43,780 nucleotides of DNA from positions 1 through 43,780 of IMG/VR virus record IMGVR_UViG_3300044788_000040; one strand, 5' to 3'. Source of the DNA: a virus (lineage: Duplodnaviria; Caudoviricetes). The position numbers and the translations under genes are program-made. Below the pieces are notes generated by a model, which worked only from the letters and a program-made list of their open reading frames with translations, was not told the origin of the DNA and searched no databases. Below are positions 18,908 through 28,352 of this stretch, piece after piece. The number at the start of each line of letters is the position of its first letter. The first letter of the stretch is position 1.

Positions 18908-19230
18908 CGCGCCTTAGGCGCTGGCTTCGCGGCAGCCGCGGGCGTTTCGACAACGGCGGGCGCCTTGGCTGGCATCGCCGCAGCGGCCGCGCCTGAGATG
19001 GATATCGAGAACGACCGAGCGCCCCCATCATCCACCGGCGGTGCGTGCCCGTACGCGCTGATCGACATCCCCGTCGATCCGACCCCGTAGCTATCCAGTT
19101 CCTGCTTGAGCACCGCCAGCATCAGCGTGTGCTGCTTTGCGTTGTCCGGATCGCTCGGAGGTGCGCTCTCCTCGATGGCAGAGATGCACTGCTCCTTGCT
19201 GCTGCCGGTCACGCTGAAGGCCCAGGACAT
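18904..19230 (-). CDS. Hypothetical protein
   Basis: 108-aa ORF coupled in head operon. Confidence 0.6.
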   Translation of the reverse strand: MSWAFSVTGSSKEQCISAIEESAPPSDPDNAKQHTLMLAVLKQELDSYGVGSTGMSISAYGHAPPVDDGGARSFSISISGAAAAAMPAKAPAVVETPAAAAKPAPKAR

Positions 19231-19232
19231 GG

Positions 19233-19616
19233 CTACCGGTTCACGTACGTTGCTGACAACGCGAACGCCGGAGCCCCGGTCATTCTAACCTTGCCGGTCG
19301 TCGAGCCTGCGCCGGCGTCGACCGCCTCGACGGCGATGAACACGCCGCCCTGGCCGAAGAATCCGACCGTGGCCACGTTCGAGAACCACTTATTGGTATC
19401 GTCCCAGTAGACGACCTGTCCCGCGGTCCACGCCTGCGTTCCGATCTTGGCGTGCGAACAGACACCGGTGATGTAGCCGTCGAACACTGCCGCCGACAGC
19501 ACCGTCTCCTGCGGGATGCAGAACTGACTGCCGACCAGAACGCCGGTGCCGGCCGTCAGGTTGGCCGGGGCAATCAGCGTCAGGACGTCGCCCTTCTGAA
19601 TATAGCTTCTCGACAT
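19233..19616 (-). CDS. DUF2190 capsid cement/decoration protein
   Basis: YIQKGDVLTLIAP, AWTAGQVVYWD. Confidence 0.85.
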   Translation of the reverse strand: MSRSYIQKGDVLTLIAPANLTAGTGVLVGSQFCIPQETVLSAAVFDGYITGVCSHAKIGTQAWTAGQVVYWDDTNKWFSNVATVGFFGQGGVFIAVEAVDAGAGSTTGKVRMTGAPAFALSATYVNR

Positions 19617-19705
19617 GGTTCGGTCTCCTGTGACTCCTAAACCCCTTGGCGATTCGTTCGCTCAAGAGGTTCGAGCTCGAGGAGCTCGCTGCTATCGAAT
19701 CCGGC

Positions 19706-21769
19706 TTAGGCGCCGGCGCAGGTCACAGCACCGCGGTAGTCGAGCACGGCCGTGCCGTAATCGAGGATCACCTTCATCTGGATGCCGTCGTATCCGAACG
19801 ATTGTTCGGACGTGATCGACGGTGATTCCTGGCCATCGATGAAGCCGACCGTGAACACCGGGAACATGCTGGGGTCCGCGAGCAGGTAGTGGCGCGTTGC
19901 CGACGAGACCGAGAGATACGGCGAGTCGACGATGTCACGGAACAGGTTCAACACCTTGTTGGTGACGCCCTGTGCCTTGTTGTCGGTCGGGTCCGTCACG
20001 CTCGAGTTGAACTGCTTGGCGATTCCGCCGAGCTCGACGGGTCCCAGCCACACGGCCGGTCGCATCGAGAGGAACTGGTTCGCCGATGGCTCCTTCTGCT
20101 TGGCCATCACCGCGCGTGCGCCATCGAGCGTCGCAGCGCTAATCGCGCCGGTCGGGCCGATGTTGCTGCGGCTCGTGTGGAACAGCGGGTTGGCATCGTA
20201 CGAGAGGCCGAGTCCGCTGTTCGCCGTGACGAGAGCGAATGCATCCGCCTCGACGGTGAACGCCGCTGCCATGCCGAGACCAGCGGCGAGGTTCTGGAAG
20301 GCACCGAGGTCATCGTTCACGAGCGCGCGGCGCGTGATGCCGATGATGTTGCCCTTGGTACCAGGCGTAAGCGTGCGCTTCTCGCCGTCGCTGATGTTCT
20401 TGTGCTTGACCTCGCCCGCCTCGGTGACGGAGTCGAGCACGCCGAACGTGCCCGGTCGGTAGAACGTCGACGTCCGGAAGTCCTGCACGGACTTGCGACC
20501 GCACCAGAGCGGCCACGTCACCGGCGTCAGCGCGTACTGGCCGACGAAGATCTTGTTGACCGCTGTCTCGAGCAGGATCGCGAAGTCGCTGGTCGTGTTG
20601 AACCCGGAATCACCGCGGAACTCGAGCGCATGACGGATCAGCGCGTCGCCGTAGAGCCCTTTGGTGGAGCGTCCACGGAGCTCGAGCGCGTGACGCGCCA
20701 TGTCCGGGATGCGCATGCCGCCGAACTCGCCCGAGTCGAGCGACACGTGATTGAAGTTGTGGGCGAGCCGCTTGACCTTCCTGGCCTCTTCGATCGTGTT
20801 GGTGTGCCCGGACCGCTCGAGGATTGCCGCGACGCAACCGCGAACGAACTTCTGGCCCTTCTCTTCGCCCATTTCGACGCGGTGATAGGGGTTGATCTCC
20901 GGGGCGTCATCGGCGAGGGAGGCGAGGATGAGCTCGCGCACCTTCTCGATCGGCGTCCCGGCTGTGATGAACTTCTGTGCGAGGTCGTCGCTCTGTCCGT
21001 GCTTGCGACAGTCGACGATGATCTCGCCGACGCGCTTGCGCTCGGACTGCGCGGCCTCGTCGGACGCCTTGTCCACGGCGGCTTTCTCCGCCGCCTTCTC
21101 GCGGCGCTGTTGCACCTTGGCTGCTTCGACGAGTTGCTCGGTCGGATCAGCAGCCGGCGACCTTGGGTTGATCGGAGTCTCTTCGTCGTCGGCCATCTTC
21201 TTTTCCTTTGCTCGGGTCACGAACACGCACGGGTTGGGATCGTTCTGCTGCGCGCGGGTCCCGGCGCCAGCATCGGCGCCGATCGGGATCATCGAGAGCT
21301 CGTACGGCTCCCAGTCTTCGGCGCGATACACGGGGGTTTGGTCCTCGCCGTCCTCGATCTTGACCATCTTGTGGACGCGGTACCCGACGGAGACGTTTCG
21401 CAGGATGCCTTCGCGCACCTTGCGGAAGACATCCTCTCCTTCGGGCCCGCTGTCGAACCGCACGGTGGCGGTGCCGCGAGTCTTCTCGAGCTTCGCGCTC
21501 TCGACCACGCCGATCACATCGGTGACGTCGTCGCGGCGATGCGAGTTGAGCAGCGGCGCTGAGCCGCTACGGAGGCGGTCCATGCGGACATGCTTCGGAT
21601 TGAGCGAGAGCTCTTCGAGGTACGGCTCCCATAACCCGCGCTTGACGCGCGCGCCGGTCGTCCACGTGATCTCGACCGTGCGCTTCTCTTCGTTGAGGCT
21701 GTCGGGCGCGACCGATGCGCGGAGCGATAGCGGCCCCACGTCTCGCGTGCAGTTGCTGCTATCAGCCAT
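19706..21769 (-). CDS. Prohead protease-major capsid fusion protein
   Basis: APLLNSH, IGVVE, LRNVSVGY, WEPYELSMIPIGAD protease domain; TTSDFAILLE, LVNDDLGAF, DYRGAV capsid domain. Confidence 0.93.
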   Translation of the reverse strand: MADSSNCTRDVGPLSLRASVAPDSLNEEKRTVEITWTTGARVKRGLWEPYLEELSLNPKHVRMDRLRSGSAPLLNSHRRDDVTDVIGVVESAKLEKTRGTATVRFDSGPEGEDVFRKVREGILRNVSVGYRVHKMVKIEDGEDQTPVYRAEDWEPYELSMIPIGADAGAGTRAQQNDPNPCVFVTRAKEKKMADDEETPINPRSPAADPTEQLVEAAKVQQRREKAAEKAAVDKASDEAAQSERKRVGEIIVDCRKHGQSDDLAQKFITAGTPIEKVRELILASLADDAPEINPYHRVEMGEEKGQKFVRGCVAAILERSGHTNTIEEARKVKRLAHNFNHVSLDSGEFGGMRIPDMARHALELRGRSTKGLYGDALIRHALEFRGDSGFNTTSDFAILLETAVNKIFVGQYALTPVTWPLWCGRKSVQDFRTSTFYRPGTFGVLDSVTEAGEVKHKNISDGEKRTLTPGTKGNIIGITRRALVNDDLGAFQNLAAGLGMAAAFTVEADAFALVTANSGLGLSYDANPLFHTSRSNIGPTGAISAATLDGARAVMAKQKEPSANQFLSMRPAVWLGPVELGGIAKQFNSSVTDPTDNKAQGVTNKVLNLFRDIVDSPYLSVSSATRHYLLADPSMFPVFTVGFIDGQESPSITSEQSFGYDGIQMKVILDYGTAVLDYRGAVTCAGA

Positions 21770-21777
21770 CCCGATTC

Positions 21778-21806
21778 TCAGGATCACGACATTCCGGGCA
21801 CGTCAA
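21778..21806 (-). promoter_or_regulatory. Late-promoter-like motif (before capsid)
   Basis: TTGAC-N14-GTGATCCTGA exact. Confidence 0.7.
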
Positions 21807-21814
21807 GCAGTGAG

Positions 21815-22138
21815 CTAAGCCTCGATCATCTCGGTCACCGAGAACGTGTAGAAGCCGCTCTCGGGAAAGCACATGGTCTTGGCCGCGAACACCGCCTCGA
21901 CGTGCCACTCGTACTGGCCCACGGTCGCGACGTCGGCATCTGCGAAGTCGACGCGGATCCTGTTGGCGGTCGCGTCGACCACCACAGCGACGATCTCATT
22001 CCGCCCGGTGCCGCCGAGGGCGCGGTAAACGAACTTGATCGACGAGGCGAGCGTCAGATCGAAAGCTGCGGCGGACTTCAGCGTCATCTCGCGGGACGGG
22101 AGGCGCGAGGTGCGCTTGAAGCTGAAGGCGTCGAACAT
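21815..22138 (-). CDS. BppU-N-like small virion protein
   Basis: FDLTLASSIKF, DVATVGQYEWHVEAVF, FPESGFYTFSV. Confidence 0.6.
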   Translation of the reverse strand: MFDAFSFKRTSRLPSREMTLKSAAAFDLTLASSIKFVYRALGGTGRNEIVAVVVDATANRIRVDFADADVATVGQYEWHVEAVFAAKTMCFPESGFYTFSVTEMIEA

Positions 22139-22140
22139 TC

Positions 22141-23706
22141 CTAGAACTCGATACCAGAGCCGCTGATAACTACAACAACGTTGTAGACCTTAGAGCCGAC
22201 GTCAAGGGAGGCGGAGACGATGATGTCCTCGGCGCCGCCGACCGTCGTCATGGCTGCTGCGGTGGCGACTGCGATCGCGGTCACCGGAGTCACCGTGATC
22301 GGACCGACGACGGTCGGTGAGGCTGCTGTGGCGACCGCGATTGCGGCGGCGGGCGTCACCACGAGCGCCCCAAGAGCGACCACCGGCGCGGCGGATGCGC
22401 TGCTCGCGATCGCTGTGACGGGCGTGATCGCCAGCGCGCCGAGCGTGACCGTCGGGGCTGAGGCGACCGCTGTCGCGGTCGCCTCGATCGGCGTGATGTT
22501 CTGCGCGCCGCTACCAGAATCCACCACCGGAGCAGCCGCGGTTGCTGCGGCGATTGCCGTGGTGGGGGTGACGGTGATCGCGCCGACGGTGACGACGGGC
22601 GCAGCGGCTGCCGAGGCAGCGATCGCTTGCGTCGGAGTTACCGCAATCGCTCCAAGGGTGATTGTCGGGATCGCCGCCGAGCTCGCCGCCGCGGCCTGCG
22701 TGGGGATGACCGCAAGAGCCCCGAGCGTCACCGTCGGCGAAGCGGCCGAGCTCGTAGCGACGGCCTGCGTCGGCGTGACGTTCACGGCGTTCTCGACCGT
22801 GGGGGACGCTGCCGTTGCTGCGGCGATTGCCGTTGTCGGCGTCACGGTGATCGCGCCAAGGGTCACCGTCGGCGTCGCAGCTGCGCTCGTCGCGGCTGCG
22901 TGGGTCGGCGTGACAGCGAGCGCTCCCAGCGCGATCGTCGGCGTTGCCGCGGCGGACGTCGCCACGGCCTCGGTCGGCGTAATCGTCTGCGGCGCAGCTG
23001 TCTCGGTGAGAATGACGTAGCTGCCGTGGTAGTCGCTCGACACCGCCATCGTGATGTCGAGGGTCTGGGTGCTGTTCGTTGTGGTCTGGAGCTTCGCCTG
23101 CGAGACGCAACACGATCCCGCCGTGGTGGTGCCGATCTCGTTGTATTGGTTCGTGGTCCACGTGCCGTTGGTCCCGTCTGCGTCTGGCGTCGAGACCGAG
23201 TTGCTCGTGCCTCCCTCGATGAAGAACGCGCCGACGATGACCTCGCCAACGGTCACCGAGACCGACGCCCCCATGGTGCAGGCGGTTCCGGTCGCCCCCG
23301 CCGACTTATTACCACCGGTGCGAAACTCGGCGGTGAGACCTGCGCCGGGAACGACCTCGGTGAGCGTCCACGTCTTCGCGACCGGGGATGATCCGAAGCT
23401 GACCGTGATCACGGTGCCAGTCAGCAGCGGACCGATGTTCTGATTGGTGGTGAAGATCGCGCCCTGCACACCGGCGCTCGCGGCACCGTTGTCGAACACG
23501 GGCGACTGGCGCTTCGTCCACGTGTTGCCGATCGAGTCGGTCACCGTCGTGAAGTCGTTCGTCGTCCCTCCCGACGATGAGTTGTCGGCGGCGACGCACA
23601 GCACAGCCGTCGATCCAGCGGCGAGGTTCGACGCCGGGGACAGCGTGAACGACGTGGCACTCGTGTTGTGATTGCCGGAGCCTCGGTTGCTGATCGATAG
23701 GGCCAT
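22141..23706 (-). CDS. Ala/Thr/Val-rich protein with ~11 tandem ~23-aa repeats (putative head fibre/adhesin)
   Basis: Repeats of xVTPTxAxAxxxAAxPTVTLGA after a beta-rich N-terminal domain. Confidence 0.8.
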   Translation of the reverse strand: MALSISNRGSGNHNTSATSFTLSPASNLAAGSTAVLCVAADNSSSGGTTNDFTTVTDSIGNTWTKRQSPVFDNGAASAGVQGAIFTTNQNIGPLLTGTVITVSFGSSPVAKTWTLTEVVPGAGLTAEFRTGGNKSAGATGTACTMGASVSVTVGEVIVGAFFIEGGTSNSVSTPDADGTNGTWTTNQYNEIGTTTAGSCCVSQAKLQTTTNSTQTLDITMAVSSDYHGSYVILTETAAPQTITPTEAVATSAAATPTIALGALAVTPTHAAATSAAATPTVTLGAITVTPTTAIAAATAASPTVENAVNVTPTQAVATSSAASPTVTLGALAVIPTQAAAASSAAIPTITLGAIAVTPTQAIAASAAAAPVVTVGAITVTPTTAIAAATAAAPVVDSGSGAQNITPIEATATAVASAPTVTLGALAITPVTAIASSASAAPVVALGALVVTPAAAIAVATAASPTVVGPITVTPVTAIAVATAAAMTTVGGAEDIIVSASLDVGSKVYNVVVVISGSGIEF

Positions 23707-23719
23707 CTAGCCCTTGGCC

Positions 23720-24160
23720 TTACGCCGTGATCTGAAGCGCGCCGAGCGTGGCGTCTGGGGTGACTGTCAGGTCGCCGCCGTTGGTGACCACCGTGCCGAG
23801 ATCGAGGTACGCGATCAGCCGCGTCGCGGCGTCGTTCGTGATCTCCTTGACGAGGATCGCGTACTTCGGATTTCCCGCGTTGATCGCGGTCCACGTGACG
23901 CCGGCCCACGTGAACTCGATCCGGTCGTTCGCGGTGTCCGTCGAGAACGCCTTCGAGGCGATCGTCTTGCGACCCGATCCCGCGAAGCCGCCGGTGTAGC
24001 CGGTGCCGGACAACTCGTTGGTGAGATCGCTAGCGAAGTCGTGATCCTTGTCCGGCGTGTAGGTCGAAGTGACGAGGATCAGCTTGAGGGTGTCCGCGAC
24101 GAGGTCGATCGTCCGATCGTTGACATCGCGAAGCCCGGAGTTGTACCAGCCTGATGCCAT
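23720..24160 (-). CDS. Putative virion structural protein
   Basis: IDLVADTLKLILVTSTYTPDKDHDF, ELSGTGYTGG, LIAYLDLG, TNGGDLTV. Confidence 0.75.
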   Translation of the reverse strand: MASGWYNSGLRDVNDRTIDLVADTLKLILVTSTYTPDKDHDFASDLTNELSGTGYTGGFAGSGRKTIASKAFSTDTANDRIEFTWAGVTWTAINAGNPKYAILVKEITNDAATRLIAYLDLGTVVTNGGDLTVTPDATLGALQITA

Positions 24161-24166
24161 ACCCCG

Positions 24167-24195
24167 TCAGGATCACGGCATTCCGCGCACGTCAA
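24167..24195 (-). promoter_or_regulatory. Late-promoter-like motif
   Basis: TTGAC-N14-GTGATCCTGA exact. Confidence 0.7.
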
Positions 24196-24220
24196 CGGCA
24201 ACCGTGCGGCTACGCCACAG

Positions 24221-25783
24221 TCAGGCGTCCGCGACGAGCGGCGGCTTGGCAACGCCGTTTGTGGGTGGCGTCCCGTTCGTCGGTGTCGTCGTCGTAGGTG
24301 CCACCGAACTCGTCGCCACCGCCTGCGCCTGACCGCTTCCGCTGGTCTTGCGCGCATCGCTGTCGAGCGTGATGCCGAGCTTGTCGAGCTTCTTCAGGTC
24401 GTCGGCGTATTCCTGGAAGTGCACATCCGGATCGAAGCCTTGCTCGCGGACCATTTCGCTCGGGGTCATCAAACCAGCGCGCACGTTGCGCGACATCGCG
24501 AGGCCCTCGTTCGCGGGATCGATCATCCCGATCGGCGGTGGTGTCCATTCGGCGGGCGAAAGCTCGACGTTCACGTTCGCGAGCTCGAGCGCCTCGAGCA
24601 TCCACATCCAGGCCGGCGCGCAGAATTGCGGGATGATCATGTTCCATCGCCAGTCGTGGACGTCGGCCATGTGCGCGAGCCTCGCCATGCGCGCCGAGCT
24701 GTAGTTGACCTGCGAGTAATCGCCGCACAGGTCCTCGTACGTCACGCCGAGACCAGCAGCCACACCGCGGAGCGCTGTCGTGGCAAACGATTGGTGGTCG
24801 CTCGCCTGCGGTGGGTTCGCGACGGTGACCGTGCGCCCCGATGGCAGGTTCACGATCATGCCAGGCTCCATCGTGTCGATCGATTGATCCGATGCCGACG
24901 TGCTAGCTTCGCCGATCGCCGCACCCGAGCCGTCGACGTCGGTCACGAACGCGGCGAGGCACGCGGAGATCTTCTGTTTCATCAGCGTCGCGTCCTCGAA
25001 CTCGTCGAAGTCGCTGAGCCGCACGGCGACCGACGCAAGCCACGATGGTCCGCGAACCTGGCCGGGCCGCTCCTGATCGTAGACGTGGAGCACGCCGTCG
25101 GCTGGAATGCGTCGCGATTCCATGCCCATCCCGCTCATCGGCTGCGAACCACCGCCCGGATGCTGGTCGAACAGCCAGTAGGCGATTCGGCGTCCGAGGG
25201 CGTCGAACTCGATACCCTGGATGATCGGACCGCCCGCCGTGCCGGTCATGCCGTCCTTGCTGGTATCGATGAAGTCGGGTTCCAGAACCTGCAGCTGCAG
25301 CGGGATCGCGAGCCCGTCTACAGGGCGGCGGAGTCGACGGCGGATCAAGACCTCGCCGGATTCGACAACGGTGCGCATCACGAGCTTCTGCAGGCCGTAG
25401 AACGTGAGCCGGCCCGCGGCATCACACTGCGTGGTCTCGGCCCAGAGTTTCCACAGCCCCATGATGAGTTGGGCCCCGCTGCCGGTCGGCTTCGGACGGA
25501 TGCCCCACCCGACGGTGTTGGTAACGATCCGCTTGATACCCCGGCGAGCGTATGGATTGTTGCGCGCGAGATCGCGGGCCTTGCCACGCAGATGGGACAG
25601 CGCCGCTCCCGACGCTGCCGAGTTCGCATCGGTGCCACGGCGAGACCAGCCGTCGGTTCGACGACCGACCGACGCGGCCTCGAAGTGGCGAGCCATGACA
25701 CGCGCGCGCACGCGGGATAGTCCCCACTGCGGGAAGATCGCGAGAATCGCGCGGTCGAAGAAGTTGAGCTTCGGCCTGGTCAC
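24221..25783 (-). CDS. Portal protein, lambda family
   Basis: LRGKARDLARNNPYA, QGIEFDALGRRIAYW, RPGQVRG, GDYSQVNYSSAR. Confidence 0.95.
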   Translation of the reverse strand: MTRPKLNFFDRAILAIFPQWGLSRVRARVMARHFEAASVGRRTDGWSRRGTDANSAASGAALSHLRGKARDLARNNPYARRGIKRIVTNTVGWGIRPKPTGSGAQLIMGLWKLWAETTQCDAAGRLTFYGLQKLVMRTVVESGEVLIRRRLRRPVDGLAIPLQLQVLEPDFIDTSKDGMTGTAGGPIIQGIEFDALGRRIAYWLFDQHPGGGSQPMSGMGMESRRIPADGVLHVYDQERPGQVRGPSWLASVAVRLSDFDEFEDATLMKQKISACLAAFVTDVDGSGAAIGEASTSASDQSIDTMEPGMIVNLPSGRTVTVANPPQASDHQSFATTALRGVAAGLGVTYEDLCGDYSQVNYSSARMARLAHMADVHDWRWNMIIPQFCAPAWMWMLEALELANVNVELSPAEWTPPPIGMIDPANEGLAMSRNVRAGLMTPSEMVREQGFDPDVHFQEYADDLKKLDKLGITLDSDARKTSGSGQAQAVATSSVAPTTTTPTNGTPPTNGVAKPPLVADA

Positions 25784-25989
25784 AGGCCCTTCCTCGTCGC
25801 AGCCAACCTGTATCCGCCGGTGCCTGTCGCGGCGGCGACTGCGCCGAGCATTTCGGCCAAGAGCGAACGCATTTCGCTCAAGCTCTGATACGTGATCTGC
25901 CGCCGCGGCGGACCATCGTAAACGACGGTCAACACGCCCGATGCTACGGCGGCTTTCAGTACATCGACTTCGGCCTGTGTCCACGCCAT
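25780..25989 (-). CDS. gpW-like head-tail joining protein
   Basis: AWTQAEVDVLKAAVASGVLTVVY...ITYQSLSEM. Confidence 0.85.
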   Translation of the reverse strand: MAWTQAEVDVLKAAVASGVLTVVYDGPPRRQITYQSLSEMRSLLAEMLGAVAAATGTGGYRLAATRKGL

Positions 25990-25995
25990 GCACCG

Positions 25996-26024
25996 TCAGG
26001 ATCACCGCTCGCTGCGGGTGTCAA
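25996..26024 (-). promoter_or_regulatory. Late-promoter-like motif (before gpW/portal)
   Basis: TTGAC-N14-GTGATCCTGA exact; overlaps terL stop. Confidence 0.7.
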
Positions 26025-27958
26025 CGGCGACGGAGCCAGCTGCCACGGCGCTGTCCTATCCAGCTCGACTTGCGCGGCTGTTCAACAACATGTTCGACGG
26101 CTTCATGTCGCGGTGATCGAACCGCTGCATCCGGCGTGGTGGTCGGCTTCACGCGCGCAGCCGGCGCGAGCCGGTCGATCCCGAGCACGGCTGCCGCGAC
26201 GCGCGCGAGGATGCGGCAGTCGAGGAAGTGGTTCTCGCGGTTCGGGATGACCTGCCACTCGAGCTTCGCGCGATGCGTGCGCCGGTTGACCGTCGTGACG
26301 AGATGCTCGGCGGTGAGCTGCTGGAAGTAGTCCTCGGCGTACTCGGGGAAGTGACAGTAGCCGGCTGGCGGATCGCCTTCGCCGCGACGCAGACGGAGCC
26401 AGCCGTAGAGCTCGCCCTTCGCGATGTCGACGCCGATCGGCCAGACCTTGTAGCCGCGCTGCATGCGCTTGCCGCGAAAGGTGACGTCGACTGGTGACGG
26501 AGCGGCGAAGAGAGCGCGTGATCCGGCGACGCCCTTGCACGCGATCACGCGCGACATCGGGTGTCGCCGTGCCCAACCGTAGACGACCTGCGTGTTGTAG
26601 CCGGAGTCGACCGCGAGCATCGCGATCGGCAGCTCGCGGCCATCGCCGGCAGGGAACGTGCGCGCGAGCAGCTCGTCGAGCTTCGCCCAGGGGGAGTCGG
26701 TCTCCCCGGCCTCGAGTGCCGTGTCGCCGTACAACGCCCCGGCTTCGACCGACCACGACTCCTTGCCCGGCGCCCAGCCGACGAGCTCGTACACGAGGCG
26801 GTCTTTCTGCACGTCGACGCCGCCGGTCACGACGATCGCGGCGGCGGGCACGGTGCCGATCGCGTACGTCTCGCGGCGCTCGTGCAGCCGCTCCCAGTCG
26901 GGCGCTTCGCCGCGTTCTTTCCACGTCTCGCCGAGCCAAAGGTTCACGAACGCGCGCAGCTTCTCGGCACCGCCGCGTTTCGCCGCAAGAAACTCGGTCG
27001 CAATCGCCCCCCAGCTAGCGCCCGGCGAATAGCTCAGGGCCGCCCACAGGTGATACGAGCGATGCGTGCCTCCTGGCTTGTCGGGCCGCCACTCGCCACG
27101 CTCGAACATCTCGAGCTTGTCCCCGTGCTCGATCGCGCATCCGCAACCGCGGCACATGAAGTGTGCGGCGCCGGGATCGTCATCGGGCCATTCCATGACG
27201 TGACCACGTTCCGCCTTCGACGAGAACGCGAGGAAGTCCATGTGTGAGCACGTCGGGCACGGCACGTGGAATCTGCGTTGGTCGCCGTCGAAAAACATGT
27301 CCTCGATGCGGCTCGATCCGGCGACAAGCGGAGTGCTGCCGCACACGATTTTTCTGTTCCAAAAGTACGCGCCGCGCTGCATCGCGAGAGTGACCGGGTC
27401 GCCTTCGTTGCCTGCGCTCGGTGGATATCCATCGACCTCGTCCAGCAAGATCACGCGGCGACTCACGCGCCGGAATCCGGTTCCGCTGTTCGCACCGACG
27501 AGCGACAACACGCCGCCAGGAAACGTCTTGTGCGTAAGCGTCGACGAGTCCTTACGGTCCTCGGAGTCGCGAACCACGATGTCGGCGAGCGCCGGGCAAT
27601 CGCGGAGCAGCGGTCCGACGACCTCCTTTGAGAATCCCTTCGCGTCGTCGACGGTCGGCTGTGCGACGAGGATCGACGTCGGATCGTGGTCGATGTGGTA
27701 GCCGATCGTCGCGGACAGCATGAGCGTGTAGCCGATGCGCGCGCTCTTCATCAGCGAGACCTGCGTGACGGCTTGATCGGAGATGCTGTCGAGGATCTCG
27801 CGCTGATATGGCAGGGTTCGCCAGCGTCCGGGCTCGGCGCTCGTCTCTGGTGACAGGTAGAAGTACCGGTCGGCCCACTCCGACAGCGACAGCCGCTCGG
27901 GCGGTCGCCACGTCTGCATCGCGTGCGCGATGACGGAATCGAGGTTGGCGTAGGTCAT
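26021..27958 (-). CDS. Terminase large subunit, GpA family
   Basis: LSEWAD, KSARIGYT (Walker A), ILLDEVD, GVDVQKDR, NHFLDC. Confidence 0.96.
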   Translation of the reverse strand: MTYANLDSVIAHAMQTWRPPERLSLSEWADRYFYLSPETSAEPGRWRTLPYQREILDSISDQAVTQVSLMKSARIGYTLMLSATIGYHIDHDPTSILVAQPTVDDAKGFSKEVVGPLLRDCPALADIVVRDSEDRKDSSTLTHKTFPGGVLSLVGANSGTGFRRVSRRVILLDEVDGYPPSAGNEGDPVTLAMQRGAYFWNRKIVCGSTPLVAGSSRIEDMFFDGDQRRFHVPCPTCSHMDFLAFSSKAERGHVMEWPDDDPGAAHFMCRGCGCAIEHGDKLEMFERGEWRPDKPGGTHRSYHLWAALSYSPGASWGAIATEFLAAKRGGAEKLRAFVNLWLGETWKERGEAPDWERLHERRETYAIGTVPAAAIVVTGGVDVQKDRLVYELVGWAPGKESWSVEAGALYGDTALEAGETDSPWAKLDELLARTFPAGDGRELPIAMLAVDSGYNTQVVYGWARRHPMSRVIACKGVAGSRALFAAPSPVDVTFRGKRMQRGYKVWPIGVDIAKGELYGWLRLRRGEGDPPAGYCHFPEYAEDYFQQLTAEHLVTTVNRRTHRAKLEWQVIPNRENHFLDCRILARVAAAVLGIDRLAPAARVKPTTTPDAAVRSPRHEAVEHVVEQPRKSSWIGQRRGSWLRRR

Positions 27959-27967
27959 CGGCTGTCC

Positions 27968-28042
27968 GTTGTGCGTTGCACCCTCGCCTCGCCTTGCACA
28001 GCCATGCCTGGCCGCGCCGCGCCTAACCTCGCCAAGCGAGCC
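27968..28042 (-). repeat. GGC-NN pentamer array B4 with 3' hairpin (putative guide RNA)
   Basis: GGCTC GCTT GGCGA GGTTA GGCGC GGCGC GGCCA GGCAT GGCTG TGCAA GGCGA GGCGA GGGTGCAACGCACAAC. Confidence 0.9.
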
Positions 28043-28264
28043 TCATAGTCCGGCGGGCATCCGAATCATCCGCTTGAGCTTCCCATCGCGGCGCACGCGG
28101 TAGCACGCGAGCACCTTGCTCCCCCGGCGAATCACCGCGTAGTCGAGCCCGTGGAGCGTCTGGGTCTTCGCGGACGTCGGCAGATCCTCGCCGCCGCTCG
28201 CGTAGTACGCGGCCAGCGCCCGCTTCGATGCTTCGTCGAGTCCCATCTCCAATTCGTTGTACAT
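28043..28264 (-). CDS. 73-aa accessory protein of RAMP locus
   Basis: RBS GAGGA then ATG after array B3; MYNELEMG...LACYRVRRDGKLKRMIRMP. Confidence 0.75.
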   Translation of the reverse strand: MYNELEMGLDEASKRALAAYYASGGEDLPTSAKTQTLHGLDYAVIRRGSKVLACYRVRRDGKLKRMIRMPAGL

Positions 28265-28279
28265 GAAGTCCTCGATCGT

Positions 28280-28352
28280 GTGCGTTGCACCCATGCCTCG
28301 CCCTGCCCTGCCCTGCCTCGCCCTGCCCTGCCCCGCCTGGCCCTGCCCAGCC
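28280..28352 (-). repeat. GGC-NN pentamer array B3 (12 perfect units) with 3' hairpin
   Basis: NN = TG AG CA GG AG AG GA AG AG AG GA AT, then GGGTGCAACGCAC. Confidence 0.92.

Noticed and set aside
19645-19705. Hairpin CGAGCTC-GAG-GAGCTCG after the capsid gene as ncRNA or terminator
   Set aside because: No U-tract; at most an mRNA stability element
15815-21818. Long plus-strand ORFs (15815-17404, 19889-21562, 20892-21818)
   Set aside because: Antisense shadows of sheath and capsid genes in high-GC DNA
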